Source of the DNA: the human T2T-CHM13v2.0 reference genome, Homo sapiens
DNA length: 64,000 nt
Direction: 5' to 3' (one strand)
NCBI RefSeq assembly: GCF_009914755.1
Contig: NC_060928.1
The notes below the pieces were generated by a model. It worked only from the letters and a program-made list of their open reading frames with translations, was not told where the DNA came from and did not search any database. A program made the translations under genes and the position numbers. Below, one piece after another: positions 1 to 13,287 of this stretch. Position 1 is the first letter of the stretch. Each line of letters starts with the position of its first letter.

Positions 1-2420
1 CCACTTGTTTAATGAATATGCTGCATCATATAAATAACACCTTGTCCTCACAAGATTTGTCTCCATATGGTTCCATAAATGAGTCTACATATGCCATTCC
101 ACAGGAGACTTACCTGAATATCATGAATGGTGTCATATTTCAGGTACATATTGCTATAGGCAGATTGAATACTCAGTGACGGTGTAGACAAATCAGTCAT
201 GGTGAAACTGAGCTCATATTGGTGAGACCATGCATAGCCTCCATTCCTGCCACCATGTTCATTTTGTATACCACCATTGACAAATCATACAAATGGCTAG
301 GGAATTAGGCAGACTGACATCCCTAAGAGAGATCATCTTATCCATTTAATTATTCAAAGCACTCATTCACCACTTGGATGCCCTCTAATGGGCATTTACA
401 TGGGATACAAATATCTTCCCACTCTGTGCCCATGCTGAGAGGCCCATCACAGACATCTCCCCAGACCTTGTCACCACTCTTCTTATTTTGTTCTTTCCAG
501 TTCCTTAACCACTGGCCAATTCACCCTTTGTGCTATCTCCCCTTCCACATTAAATAGACACCCAAAAGACTGCCCAAAATTCTGCCTCCTGAGAACATTT
601 TCTTTCCTCACTATCTTTCAGTGCCACCCATGTGGGGCTGTAATGCAGTAGCTATCCATTTCTCTTAGAGGTCCACATGCCATCCATCCATAAGCCAGGC
701 CCATTCTTTCTTCTCCTTCAGCTGGTCATAGAGAATTCCCTCAACGAATTGGAGCAGTTGTCCAAGGGAAAAGCAAGAGAGTAGTAACAGCAGCTACCAT
801 GGAAGTCTGAGCCACTCACTCACGCAGTTTATTTGTGCCTCCAGACCCTTCTTGGCCCTGTCTCATATATAACATTTTCATTTTACACTGGAATGATATG
901 TGCATGTCTAAATTTATGACGCATATTTTATTATTTTCAAGTCAGGTGTTCAGTCTTTGACTCACCCAGCAGCAAACTAAAAGGTGTTTTTCAAGTCAAG
1001 AATAGTTGTCAGAAGAGGCCAAGTCTTATTCTAAACACCTGAGAGTCTCGCCCTGTAAGCCTGCCAGAAGCTCTCTATAACATCTCTGTCTGAAGCTAAT
1101 GTTTAGTGCCTTGAGTCTAACAGATCATAAGAGTGAAGCAGCCTAGACTTGCTGAAGAGCCTTTTGTGCTTTTCTTGGTGTGACCCTACTCAAAACTGGC
1201 AGCCTGACAGATTTTCCAGCAAATATTAGGAGCAGCATCCCCATATGTGGTATATGAAGCCTCCCAAATCCAAAGATGCTTACAAAATGCTGTGCCTCCT
1301 TCCTTGCAGTGAACCAGGCAAGATGCAGAAACTGATATCTCACTTTAGTAGGGATACCCCAAAGTACCCAAACAAGATGACTGGATACCTAATAACTTTG
1401 CCTATGTGGCAGGTCCTCTAGCACCCTCTAGCATTCATGTGTCTTACTTAAGGCATATAGGTTCTTGATAGTTCCTGCTCATACAGTCCAGTTGGCATAA
1501 TTTCATAAAAGTAATGGACTAGCATAAAGTTCTGTTCCCTCCAAAGCACATTATAAGAGAAATGGGTGAGTTGATGTAGATAGCCCTTAGGGAAGTCAGT
1601 AAAGTATCCTGCTATCCCTGCAACTTGAAAACAAACTGCTTCTTATTAACTTAGCTGATAGAGATGTCAAAAAGCATTTGCTAGATCAGTAACTACATAC
1701 GGGCCAAGGGCTATGTTTTATTTTGCTGTTTCAGTGAAGATACCACATCAACTGCAAGTGGCATTACCATCTTATATCTATGGTAATCTACAGTCATTGA
1801 CAAATGGTCCCCCCAAAATAATATATTAATAAAATTTTTCCCACTGTTATATGGACTCATTAGCCAAGGAATGAGAAGGTCGTTTGGTCAAATGAAAATA
1901 ACACCTGGCTAATTTTTTCTGAATGCTGGGCACTCTTGCTCAGAGAAGTGTTAATAACTTGTGGATTTCAGGGCTAGAGTGGGAATAAAGTAGTGTCCTA
2001 TTAGTGGTTGGTGGGGTATTTGAGACTTTGAGGTCAAAAGGAGATCTGGTCTTGCTCCAGGAGGGAGTTGGATTCCCTGAGTTTAATAGGATGTTTAGGT
2101 AGCAGTTTCCATAAAAAGCAGAATTCTGTGTCCTGTCCAGGGAAGCACCCTTGGAAACTGCCAAACTTCTGATTGGAGTGGCAATGTGGATGTGAAATAA
2201 AATCACTAAGCACCCTCACCTCACGCAGGGAAGGTCCTGATGGCTGAGCTCAGCATAAGTTGCCCGTGCAAAAGAACTTGGACAATTCGCATTTTAGTGG
2301 TGAGCAGGATGGACCAAAAACAGAGGCTGGTTCTTATGCAATCTCCAGAGTCCACAAAAAATCATTGCATTTGGATGTGCCACTGTCTAGACAGCCCACA
2401 GCAAAGGCAAATTACTTTAT
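1..2420 (-). mobile_element. Decayed ERVL-class internal region (pol: RT, RNase H, integrase)
   Basis: Minus-strand translations HGGRNGGYAWSHQ (~210-256), LSAWAQSGKIFVSHVNAH (~385-442), KQFVFKLQG..Y INSP-like (~1550-1643), MTVDYHR (~1775-1798) match ERVL pol motifs; frame-disrupted; end beyond ~1830 uncertain. Confidence 0.75.
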
Positions 2421-3235
2421 CCATCCAATAAGACCCTTAAAAGTACTTTTTTTTCTGGTGCGTATATTTATAAAGCACTTTGAAGCCTTGATATAAAAGT
2501 ACCCAGAAAGCAGAAGGGTAACCATAATCTAAGAATGAGTTTAAACCTGTGGAAGATCATTCAGGAGTGCACTTTGGAGAGTGAGCCAGGAACTAGCCTT
2601 TGTTTCCCTGCATGACTCTGTCAATCTTGCTTTCATGCTTCTTTCTTTAGCCTTTTCATAATAGTCTTAACAGTCATGTCAACACATCACTTATTACACA
2701 TTGTTAAAAAGGATTACTTCTGGGAGACTGTACTGAAAGGAGAAATTGATGCCTTTTGCAATTTCCTATTTCTATTCTTCTAGTAGAAAGTCAATAAAAT
2801 CTTATTTTAACAAAAACTAAAACTAAAATTTTCATGTAATGTTTTTACAAGGAACATTTTTTAAATCGTTCTTGCTATAAAAATAGTGCTGCTCACTCCA
2901 TCAGTTCTTAATTTAAAACAGATTTTCAACACTCTTAGAGAAGTAGAGTAATTTGCCCAAGGTCTGTGGCTTTCTTCATTATTCCAGCCCCAGCACAAGG
3001 AAAATATTCTCTGTTTGGCTCTTCCCAGTTGCATAATGGAGAAAAAACTATCAGGACAATTCTCTTCAGTATGAAGTGGGAAGCTATGTTTTATTAGATT
3101 TTTTGAAGACACTCAAGCGTTTCATCTTTTTGACAAAATCAGTGGTTCCTCTCTGGTTAGCAAAATAAATGGCAACTTAATTAACTCCATGAATGTTACA
3201 CTTGAAGTCTGCCTGTCCACACTTTCTTCTTAGGA

Positions 3236-3270
<35 letters not shown>

Positions 3271-3377
3271 ATACAAATCCCTAGGGAATTATTCTTATTT
3301 CAGATCACTGAAAACAGCACAAGCATATTTTTTAAGTGTAGAATTGTCCAAAAGAAATTCTATAAAAAGTGGTTTCT

Positions 3378-3657
3378 ATTTTTTTTGAGGCAGGGTCTTG
3401 CTCTGTTGCCCAGGCTGGAGTGCAATGATCACGGCTCACTGCAGCCTCCACTTCCCAGGCTCAAGCCATCCTCCCACCTCAGCCTCCCAAGTAGCTTGGA
3501 CTACAAGCACTCACCACCATACCTGGCTTTTTCTTTTTTTGTAGGAATGGAGTCTCACTATGTTGCCCGGGCTGGCCTCAAACTCTTGGGCTCAAGCAAT
3601 CCTCCTGCTTCTGCCTCCCAAAGTCCTGGGATTACAGGCATGAACCACTGCACCCAT
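3378..3657 (-). mobile_element. Alu (AluJ-like)
   Basis: ttttttgaggcagggtcttgctctgttgcccaggctggagtgca...gggattacaggcatgaaccactgc. Confidence 0.95.
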
Positions 3658-4469
3658 CCCTCTATTTTTCTAAATTGCCTTGCAAGATACTCATGGAAAT
3701 ACAAAAATGTTAAGGTCATGGCCACAAACTATACAAGGTCCATGTCCTCTATTAAAAAACAAAATGAAAACCAGGCATCAATGTCATTATATGGTACATT
3801 CTGGGAGAAGATTTAAAGAAAAACAAAAAGAGAGACAGAGAGACTGGAAATGCTTTTTAAATGCCTCTGGAAACATTGTTTCTCTACTGTACTCCCATTT
3901 GTTTTTACTTTTCCATTTGTGGCCTCATAATGATGTAACAGGATCTGGATACATCATTCACCAAAATGACAGGTGAAGGTTTTGCCATCAACATGAGCTC
4001 GTTCATCAGACAGCAGAAGCTGACTACATTTCTAGATCTGTGATTTTCAAAAGGTAAAAAAAAATAAAAAAAAGACACCCTTAAGAATATGATACTCTGG
4101 TGGTTTCTGCAGAAGATAAATGGTAGAGAAACGTGAAAACAATATTCTCTGTGATGTTTCCCAGAAAACCTAGAGGTCCAGTCTGGATAGCTCAAAGAGG
4201 AGTTTGTTAACACATTTACAGGTTTTGCAATGAGTCAATAGTCCAGGCCTATCCTCTAGGATACCAAAACATTAGGGCTACATATAAGCAAGTCTATAGG
4301 AGGTCATTTCTCCCAGGATTCAGTAAATCAAGGTCTAAGTGTTTTCTTTCTTTCCTTCAGCCAAAATGTGAAGGACTCTATAGGCCCTGAATGCAAATAG
4401 AAAGATACAACTAAAATCAGCATGATAAAAAGCATTAGTAGAGAAGCTATTGAATCTACTACTATAAAA

Positions 4470-5815
4470 AAGAAACTGAGACACCTGGGGGAAGGGGCGG
4501 CTGTGGGCGTCAGCAGACTTAAACGTTCCTGCCTGCAGGCTCTGAAGAGAGCAATCAATCTCCCACCACAGCACTGGAGCTCTGATAAGGGACAGACTGC
4601 CTCCTCAACTGGGTCCCTGACCCCCATGCCTCCTGACTGGGAGACACCTCCCAGCAGGGGTCGACAGACGTCTCATACAGGAGAGCACCAGCTGGCATCT
4701 GGCAGGTGCCCCTCTGGGAAGAAGATTCCAGAGGAAGGAACAGGCAGCAATCTTTGCTGTTCTGCAGCCTCTGCTGGTGATACTTAGGCAAACAGGGTCT
4801 GGAGCTGGAGTGGACCTCTAGCAAATTCCAGCAGACCTGCAGAAGAAGGTCCTGACTATTAGAAGGAAAATTAACAAACAGAAAGCAATAACATCAACAT
4901 CAACAAACAGGATGCCCACCCAAAAACCCCATCCGAAGGTCACCAACATCAAAGACCAAAAAGGTAGGTAAATCCACGAAGATGAGGAAAAACCGGCGCA
5001 AAAAGGCTGAAAATTCCAAAACCAGAATGCCTCTTCTCCTCCAAAGGTTCACAACTCCTCGCCAGCAAGGGAACAAAACTGGGCAGAGGATGAGTTTGAC
5101 GAATTGACAGAAGTAGGCTACAGAAGGTGGGTAATAACAAACTCCTCTGAACTAAAGGAGAATGTTCTAACTCAATGCAAGGAAGTTAAGAACCTTGATA
5201 AAAAGTTACAGGAACTACTAACTAGAATAACCAGTTTAGAAAAGAACATAAATGACCTGATGGAGCTGAAAAACACAGCATGAGAACGTCATGAAGCATA
5301 CACAAGTATCAATAGCCAAATCGATCAAGCAGAAGAAAGGATATCAGAGATTGAATATCAACTTAATGAAATAAAGCATGAAGACAAGATTAGAGAAAAA
5401 AGAATGACAAGCAATGAACAAAACCTCCAAGAAATATGGGACTATATGAAAAGACAAAACCTATGTTTGATTGGTGTTCCTGAAAGTAATGGGAGAATGG
5501 AACCAAGTTGGAAAACACACTTCAGGATATTACCCAGGAGAACTTCCCCAACCTAGGAAGACAGGCCAACATTCAAATTCAGGAAATACACAGAACATCG
5601 CAAAGATACTCCTCGAGAAGAGCAACCCCAAGACACAAAATCGTCAGATTCACCAAGGTTGAAATGAAGGAAACAATGTTAAGGGCAGCCAGAGAGAAAG
5701 GTCGGGTTACCCACAAAGGGAAGCCCATCAGACTAACAGCAGATCTCTCTGCAGAAGCCCTACAAGCCAGAAGAGAGTGGGGGCCATTATTCAACATTCT
5801 TAAAGGAAAGAATTT
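4470..5815 (+). mobile_element. L1PA (PA7/8-like) 5'UTR part plus disrupted ORF1
   Basis: ORF1 start ATGAGGAAAAAC ~4982, in-frame TGA 5281; ORF 5508-5837 reads ENTLQDITQENFPNL...IVRFTKVEMKE..LRAAREKG..LTADLSAE.LQARREW (L1 ORF1p). Confidence 0.95.
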
Positions 5816-5879
5816 TTTTTGTCAGACAAAAATTTAACTTTTTATGAGATTTCAGTTTTTGAAATACACAACTCTTATA

Positions 5880-5965
5880 GGTAACAAACCTGCATATTCT
5901 GCACATGTATCCCAGAACTTAAAGTATAATAAAAATTTTTTAAATTTAAAAAAGATAAAAATAAA
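5880..5965 (+). mobile_element. L1PA 3' terminal tip with A-rich tail
   Basis: gtaacaaacctgcatattctgcacatgtatcccagaacttaaagtataataaaaa. Confidence 0.9.
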
Positions 5966-7339
5966 TGTCAAATTTCAGTACAGACATTCTTTCTCTTCTT
6001 ATCTCACAAGTTATAAACACAATATTCCAATTTATAGTTAATAAAACCTTGATTATTTTAAAGGAAAAAACAATGAAGCTGAGTAAACAAGGTGAAATAT
6101 GGCCTGTTGGGGCACTTCTATCATGGCTTTAATTAAATATTGTCCTAAATGAACAGAAAAGAAATTTAATGAAGGTTCATAGTGTTAGCTATATATATTG
6201 ATAAATTATACATCCATATATATACATGGAGTATGTATTTTTGGAAGAGTAACCTGAAGAAAAAAGGCATACAGAGGCAGAATGATGGTGTGCTGAATGC
6301 AAATAAGAGCTATCTCACCTGTTTGGCCTTGATGTTGGAGGGGATACTCTCTATCATCCATGCAGCTTTCACCTGGTTAACTCCTGCTTCCCCTTTCAGG
6401 TTCGTTGTCTGATGTCCCCAGGTGAGGTTAGGTGTTGTGCTGTGTGCTCTGAGAGCAATGGCATGCTGGTAAATGTCTATAACTGGCTCTTTGAAGGAAA
6501 AAACCCTGATCTGCAGCAATTTCCATGGTGTGAATACTCACGCCATGGTTTATCTTGAGCTACCAACATGATGTCATTGAATGAAGAGTTAGGGAAATGT
6601 GTGCGGTAGCCAGCATTAAGAACAATTCCACCACACAACGACAGCCATAAAGAACCTCAGCAACAAGATCATCAGGAAATGATGGGGCATTTATTACCTT
6701 TGCTTTTTAGTATAATTTATCTAATTTATTTTTGATATAATTTATCTAATTATAAGTTTACATAACAATTTTTAATAATGTCTGTGTTTAAAATGAGCTC
6801 GCAAAATTCCCAGAAATTTAACAGTCAGCTCCCATAAACTGGCAGATGCTACCTCTTCCTCCTATCCCTGTTGCATAGCATCCTGTATTTATCTCACAAT
6901 AGCACTACCATGATTGATTTTAATTGCTTGTTTAATTGTCTTTCTTCCCTGATAGACTTTATTCTTGATGAGGGCAGAGTTTCCTTATACCTTACTATTG
7001 AGCTACCACAGTTCCTGACACATCATGTTTCAGAGTTTTGTTTTATAAACAAATGAACAAAATGGATAAACAAATGTCATGGGCACCAGCCCTGGTTTCA
7101 GCACTAGCTACCAAGAGCCAGCCTTTGTGTTACTGCCCAGAATGCACCAGCCGACTTTGCACTATGGATTGCATCTCAAAGAATTACTCAAATGTTACCT
7201 ATCAAAATTCAATGAATTAAGAAAGCTGTAACATACACAAATCAAAACACCATGTTGTACATTTAAAATATATACAATTTTAAAAAGAAAGCTATAACAC
7301 AACAGAATATAAGATAGAGTTTGGATGAATACTACTCAA

Positions 7340-7860
7340 TCCATCCATTTAAGAAAGCTTTTGAGGGCCCGTCATGCTCCAGGCACTAGTGATAAAGCAG
7401 TGAACCAAGGAGAAAATTTTCTACCAACATAGGCCTCACATCCTAGTGGTAGAGACAGGCAAAAAAATTAACTAACTAATTAATTACTGTCTTACAAAAT
7501 GCCAAGTAAGGATAAATTCTATGAAGAAACAGAGACAAAATAATAAAGACTGAGAAGTACGAAGATGATGGGGAAAGCCTTCTTGAGGAAGTAGCATCTG
7601 TGAAGACACTTGAGTGAGGTGAAGGAACCAGTCACGTGACCATCCGAGGGAATATTCCAGGCAGAACGGACCACAGAAGCACAGGTGATGTGGCACGTGG
7701 AGCCCAAGCAGGTTGGAGAAATAGGAAAGACATACATATGATTGGAGTGGGGTGCGTTAGAGGAAGAGTGTACATGAGGTGAGAGCATAACATGGGGACG
7801 GATTATGTAGCGACTTAAAGGTCAAAGAAAAGATTTGGTTTCACCTTGTGCATGTGATGC
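7340..7860 (-). mobile_element. L2 fragment
   Basis: atccatccattt...ccaggcactag...gggaatattccaggcaga pattern of the antisense L2 3' region. Confidence 0.65.
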
Positions 7861-7915
7861 TGTCAAATTGTCGGAAAAACAGTTTACAATATTTCACCAA
7901 AGCAGAATGAGTTAA

Positions 7916-7940
7916 GTGTGTGTGTGTGTGTGTGTGTGTG
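7916..7940. repeat. (GT)n microsatellite
   Basis: ~12 GT units. Confidence 0.95.
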
Positions 7941-8736
7941 AACTTTAATCACCACCCTGGGTGCAGTTAGCTAATATTTGTAATATTCTAAGCAGTAATT
8001 CACACACAGGCACAGTAAGTGTTTGGAAAACCATAATCAGCAGTACACATTTGAGAGTTGCTTTTAGCAAGTGCTTCAAATTTCCCCATCTAAATCTTCA
8101 CCAAAACGTTTAAAAAATAGCATCAGGGATATTAGAAATAACCTTACATTGCTGTGATTAGTAGTATTTAATAAATATAATTGGCTAGAAAGTCTATATA
8201 AACACTCTTTTCCTTGCAGGAAAAAGGTGTAAAAATCTGGCAGGCTCAACAGGACATGGCTGTGGCTCTGAAGTTCTGTTCATCAGGCCTGCGTCTCCCA
8301 ACCCCACCCCATCCCCTTCTGTCCTAAGTGCACACACATACACACACTTACATTTCATACAAGGCTGTTTACCGGATCCTAGTAGATGATTGGCTCATCC
8401 TACACTGAAATATTGACAAGGCTGCCTTAAAGTGGATCTTGTGGAATGACAAAAGGACAAAGGACTGAACGAGATTGAATAAGTGCTTTTATATCTGTTT
8501 GCTAATAGTTGCTTATATGTGTGGCAGAATTCTGAACATTCCCATACCCTACCAGGGAGTGAAGCTATGGGGACGAAGACGAATGGCACTCACCCACGTC
8601 TAATGGGAGTGGTATAATATGTGGAAAGCCTGAGGGAGTTGTTGGGCAGCATGGTAACATGCCTAACTGGCATTTTAAATTCTCATTTAGAGTAACCGTT
8701 ATTAATTTTTGAATATTTAAAAGTGTTCAGTAGTAA

Positions 8737-9053
<317 letters not shown>

Positions 9054-9344
9054 TCAAACTTCTTTATAAAATAGAACTAAACAATCATCCCCTTCTGAGG
9101 AGAAAACTTTGCTGAGGAACAGCAGACTTCAGTAGACTGATATGTGGGTGAAATGGGTGTTCTGCAGAAGGCCTGCGCTTTTGAGAACCCTAAATCCTTC
9201 CAGAACTAAAGATATTTCACATTTTAGTGTTTTTCTGTGAGCAAACTTAAGATTTGCTCAGTATGATGTTATTTACTCTGTTACTTCACACTTCACAGAG
9301 AACCTCTTTCTGTCACTATGAAGGCTCAAGTGATAAAAGGAGAA

Positions 9345-9905
9345 TGTTTCATGACTATTACTGCAAAACAAATAGTTATGCTAAAATATTTTTTACAATC
9401 CTGGAATCTCTGGGTCAGGAATTCAGGAAGGGCTGGGCTTGGTAGTTCTGGCTTGAGACTGCTCCCGCAGTTGCAGCCAAACAATGGCTAGAGCTGGTAT
9501 AATGAGGACTGCGCGCCTGGGTGATAACCAGGCACCACCACCCCCACTCTGTCCATTTGGTTTCAGAGTTTCTGCATGTGGTCTCTCTGCATGGGCTAGC
9601 TTGGGCTTCCTTACAGTACGGCACCTCAGGGAAGATGGACTGTTTATATGGCGGCTGACTTTTTTGAAAACATATGTGCCAAGAAAACATGATAGAAATA
9701 TGTATTTTTATGACCTCATAAATCACATAGCATCACTTTCAACCAACTCTCTTGGTCAAGGAAGTCACAGAGGCCCTCCGTCTTCGAGGAGAGTGGACTT
9801 CGAGTCCCCTTTAATGGGAGAGATGGCAACGTTACCCTGTAAGGAGAGCACACGTGGGATGCTGCAAGATATTGTTGCAGCCATCTTTGGAAAATATAAT
9901 CTAAC
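9345..9905 (-). mobile_element. Old MaLR LTR (MLT1 family)
   Basis: tctctgggtcaggaattcaggaagggctgggc...gcagccatctttggaaaatataatct. Confidence 0.7.
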
Positions 9906-9952
9906 GCAGGACAATATGGGTATGCTGCACACAGACTTGACATCAGTGCCAT

Positions 9953-10337
9953 CATCTTAGTCCGTTTGGGCTGCTATAACACAATCCCATAGACAGGGTG
10001 GCATGAACAACAGAGACTTATTTCTCACAGTCTGGAGGCTGGGAAGTCCAGGATCCGGGTGCCAGCATGGTTGAGTTCTGCTGAGGGCTCTCTTTCTGGT
10101 TCACAGATGGCCATCTTCTTGCCGTGTCCTGACTTGGTGAAGAGGACAGAGAAGGTGAGCTCAATCCTGCCTCTTCTTAAAACGGCACTAATCCCATCAT
10201 GAGGGATTAATCCATCATGAGGGCTCCACCCTCATGACCTAATTGCCTCTGAAAGGCTCCACCATTCCACTGGAAGTTATGGTTTCAACATGTGCATTTG
10301 GGGTGAGGGGAAGGACACAAACATGCAGTTCAAAACA
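9953..10337 (-). mobile_element. MaLR LTR (MLT1A-like)
   Basis: tcttagtccgtttgggctgctataaca...acacaaacatgcagttcaaaaca. Confidence 0.85.
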
Positions 10338-11486
10338 GCCATTATAACCTGTTTCAAGAAGGATCATAGTATAATAGTTCATATCCATTTAGCCTTCGCC
10401 ATGTTCTCAGCACTTGCTAAGTGCCTTATGTGCCTTATCTTGATCTTCACAACATTTCTATGAGGTAGAGATGACTAATTTCTCCATTTTTCTGAGGAGA
10501 AACTGGGTTTCAGAGAAATTAAAGTAGCTTGCTGTGGAATATCCCTACCAACTCAAATCATAATATCATTAAAATAAAGCTGTAAAAACAAAAACACAAT
10601 AAAAATATCCAGTTGATAAAAGGTTTCTCCCATACATAATTAGAAAAATATAAATAATAAGGAAAATAACTTTATATTTTTGTTCTGTTTTGTTTTAATA
10701 AAATTCTGTTCAGAAATGATCTGATGTATTGATAACTAATCCCTTCAACGTCTTCAGTTTTTATATCTACAGGCAGCGTATTGTTATAAGGTGTCATTAG
10801 TATTCAGAACGATAAAAACACTTTTTAATAAACCCTCCATTAGCTAGAATCCTATGTTCCCTGAGGACTGGAATTCACCATGGTTTTTCCCTAATTTCAT
10901 TTGGATTAGAAATTTTTGTCGCTTTTTATTCCTATGATCATACAACATAAAAAATGGAAAATTCAGAAAAACTAGACCTTTCCCACTAGCTGATAAATGT
11001 TTTGTGAAGAAAATGAATCCTATTTCCTTGTTCTGTTGAACTTTTCTTAGGGGAGTTTTATTAAAGAACCATGCCATTTAAAAGGAAATTTAACTCATCT
11101 TTCTAGCCCAGTTTACTCTTATCCTTAGGATTATATGTATAGGGAGAACTCTTCACAGGAAAACATTTTGTCCAGAAAATACCCTCTTCTCTCATCCAAA
11201 CTCCCTGAAGTCTACATATAATTATTGGAATCTTAACATGTTATTCACACTACTACTTCTTACAAAAAAAAACTCAGTTAAAATATTGACAAAGCTTCCA
11301 TAAAGTGGATCTTGTGGAATGAAAAAAGGACAAATAACTGAATGAGATTGAATAACTGCTTTCATATCTGTTTACTAAAACTTGTTTATACAAATGGTAC
11401 TTGATATTTAGAATTTCTGAAACAAACCTGAACTTGAATGGAGCACCCCAGCCCTGTGGAGTGGGAATGTCTTTAAGACTTAGGGT

Positions 11487-11796
11487 CAGCCAGGAGAGGT
11501 GGCTCACGCCTGTAATTCCAACACTTTGGGAAACCAAGGCAGGAGGATCACTTGAGCCCAAGAGGTTGAGACTAGCCTGGCCAACATAGCAAAACCCCAT
11601 CTCTACCAAAAGTACAAGAATCATCCAGACAGGGTGGCCTGTGCCTGTGGTCCCAGTTACTTAGGAGGCTGAGCGGGGAGAATCACCTAAGCCTGTGGAG
11701 GTTGAGGCTACAGTAAGCCATGATCACACCACTGCTCAATCGTGATAAAGCTTGAGCAACAGAGTGAAACCCTGTCTCAAAAAATAAACAAATGAA
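11487..11796 (+). mobile_element. Alu (AluJ-like)
   Basis: cagccaggagaggtggctcacgcctgtaat...ccctgtctcaaaaaata. Confidence 0.95.
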
Positions 11797-12561
11797 ACAA
11801 GATTTAGGGTTATTTGGTTAAAAAAAAAAACAGGAAAAAATCCTTGTTCATTTATTACTTTCAGTATCTGGGTAATGAGAGCAGTTTCACCAGTAATATT
11901 TACATGAGAGCACAATCAGAGGTAATATTAACGTTTATATGGGCACCAAATTGTGGAATAACCCAAAAGGAGATATGTAATTTCATTAGTACATCTCTCC
12001 CTGATCCTCATCCAAGCGGAATTCGTTGGATCCTCATTTGTTTATACTGTATCATTTTATCTCTTAACATATTGCATAGTAATCATTTCAAATCCTTGCT
12101 AGCCACTTACTTGTTTTGTAACCATAGGAAAAGTACTTAACATTTCTGTGCCACCATTTTCTCATCTGTACAATGGGAATAACAATAAAGTTATATCACA
12201 GAGTTGTTAGGATGTCTTCATGTTTGATAAATTAACCACTGATTATGTTTGTGTCTCTCTTCTGCACAAAACATTTAAGAAGAAAAGGAATTCAGAAGAA
12301 TCAAACAAGACTCACCAAGCAGTTAAATACCTAGAAGTTAATCATATCTTATTATAGAGAGATAAATTCAAAAATTCCAGCCCTAGTGACATTTTAACAG
12401 GGCCTTGATGATACATGCTAAGATATGCATAAAGGACAATATAATAACAATCAAAGATTTTCTTCCTGAACTGCTCTTCAACCTATGTTTATTTCCTTTG
12501 GCCCTTGGCCATCTTGTTTCATTCTCTTGCCTCTCCTAATGAATTTTTCATCTTGATTCAC

Positions 12562-13287
12562 TTTTGAACTGTTTTTTAGTTGTTAATGTTCTATTTCTTT
12601 TCCAAACCTTTCAGTAGCTTGCTGCTTCCTGAAACAGTGTTTCCTGATTTATATTCCTTTGGCATTGACCCAGATCTCCTTCCCTTCAGTGCCTCCCACC
12701 AACTACTGTGCACCTCCTCTTGCCATGTATGACCCTGACGGGCATGAATCACCTCTCTCCCTGCCTAAACCAGAAAGGGCTGGACAAGGAGCTAGCCAAT
12801 ATGTAAACCTATGTCAACCAGGATAGGGAGGTGAAATGCAAAATTTAAAAGAGTCATTTTATAACATTATGAGATTGGGGATAATTACCCACCCCTGCAA
12901 ATATTCTTTGATTTTAAAAAGGGTCAGGGGGAAGGAATATAAACGTGGATAGACCTTACAGTTTTCAAATGTTTGAAGACACAACTAAGAATTTTGACAA
13001 TTCCAGCCCCTTGTGAGAATTTGAAAAGCAGGAGTGTCTTACATCTGATATTCTTGTACAGTGAAAACAGCAGGGACATAAGAACCTGGCATAAGAACCT
13101 GTATGTCAGTCAGGGTCATACATGGCAAGAGGAGGTGCACAGTAGTTGGTGGGAGGCACTGAAGGGAAGGAGATCTGGGTCAATGCCAAAGGAATGTAAA
13201 TTAGGAGACACTGTTTCAGGAAGCAGCAAGCTACTGAAAGGTTTGGAAAAGAAATGGAATATTAACAAACTAAAAAACTGTTCAAAA
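12562..13287. repeat. Long inverted repeat: arms 12562-12739 and 13109-13287, 369-bp spacer
   Basis: Manual reverse-complement alignment: 6 mismatches and 1 indel in ~178 bp; inner 87 bp identical. Confidence 0.97.

Noticed and set aside
3268-3816. 182-aa ORF and similar ORFs at 8771, 20502, 33350, 41669, 49530 and 55903
   Set aside because: Translations of Alu sequence ([21 protein letters not shown] signatures)
5508-5837. 109-aa ORF with clear protein similarity
   Set aside because: Fragment of L1 ORF1p downstream of a stop and a frameshift; not an independent gene
9484-9960. 158-aa ORF, and the 161-aa ORF at 48094-48579
   Set aside because: Both overlap old LTR sequence and show no splice structure or recognisable domain
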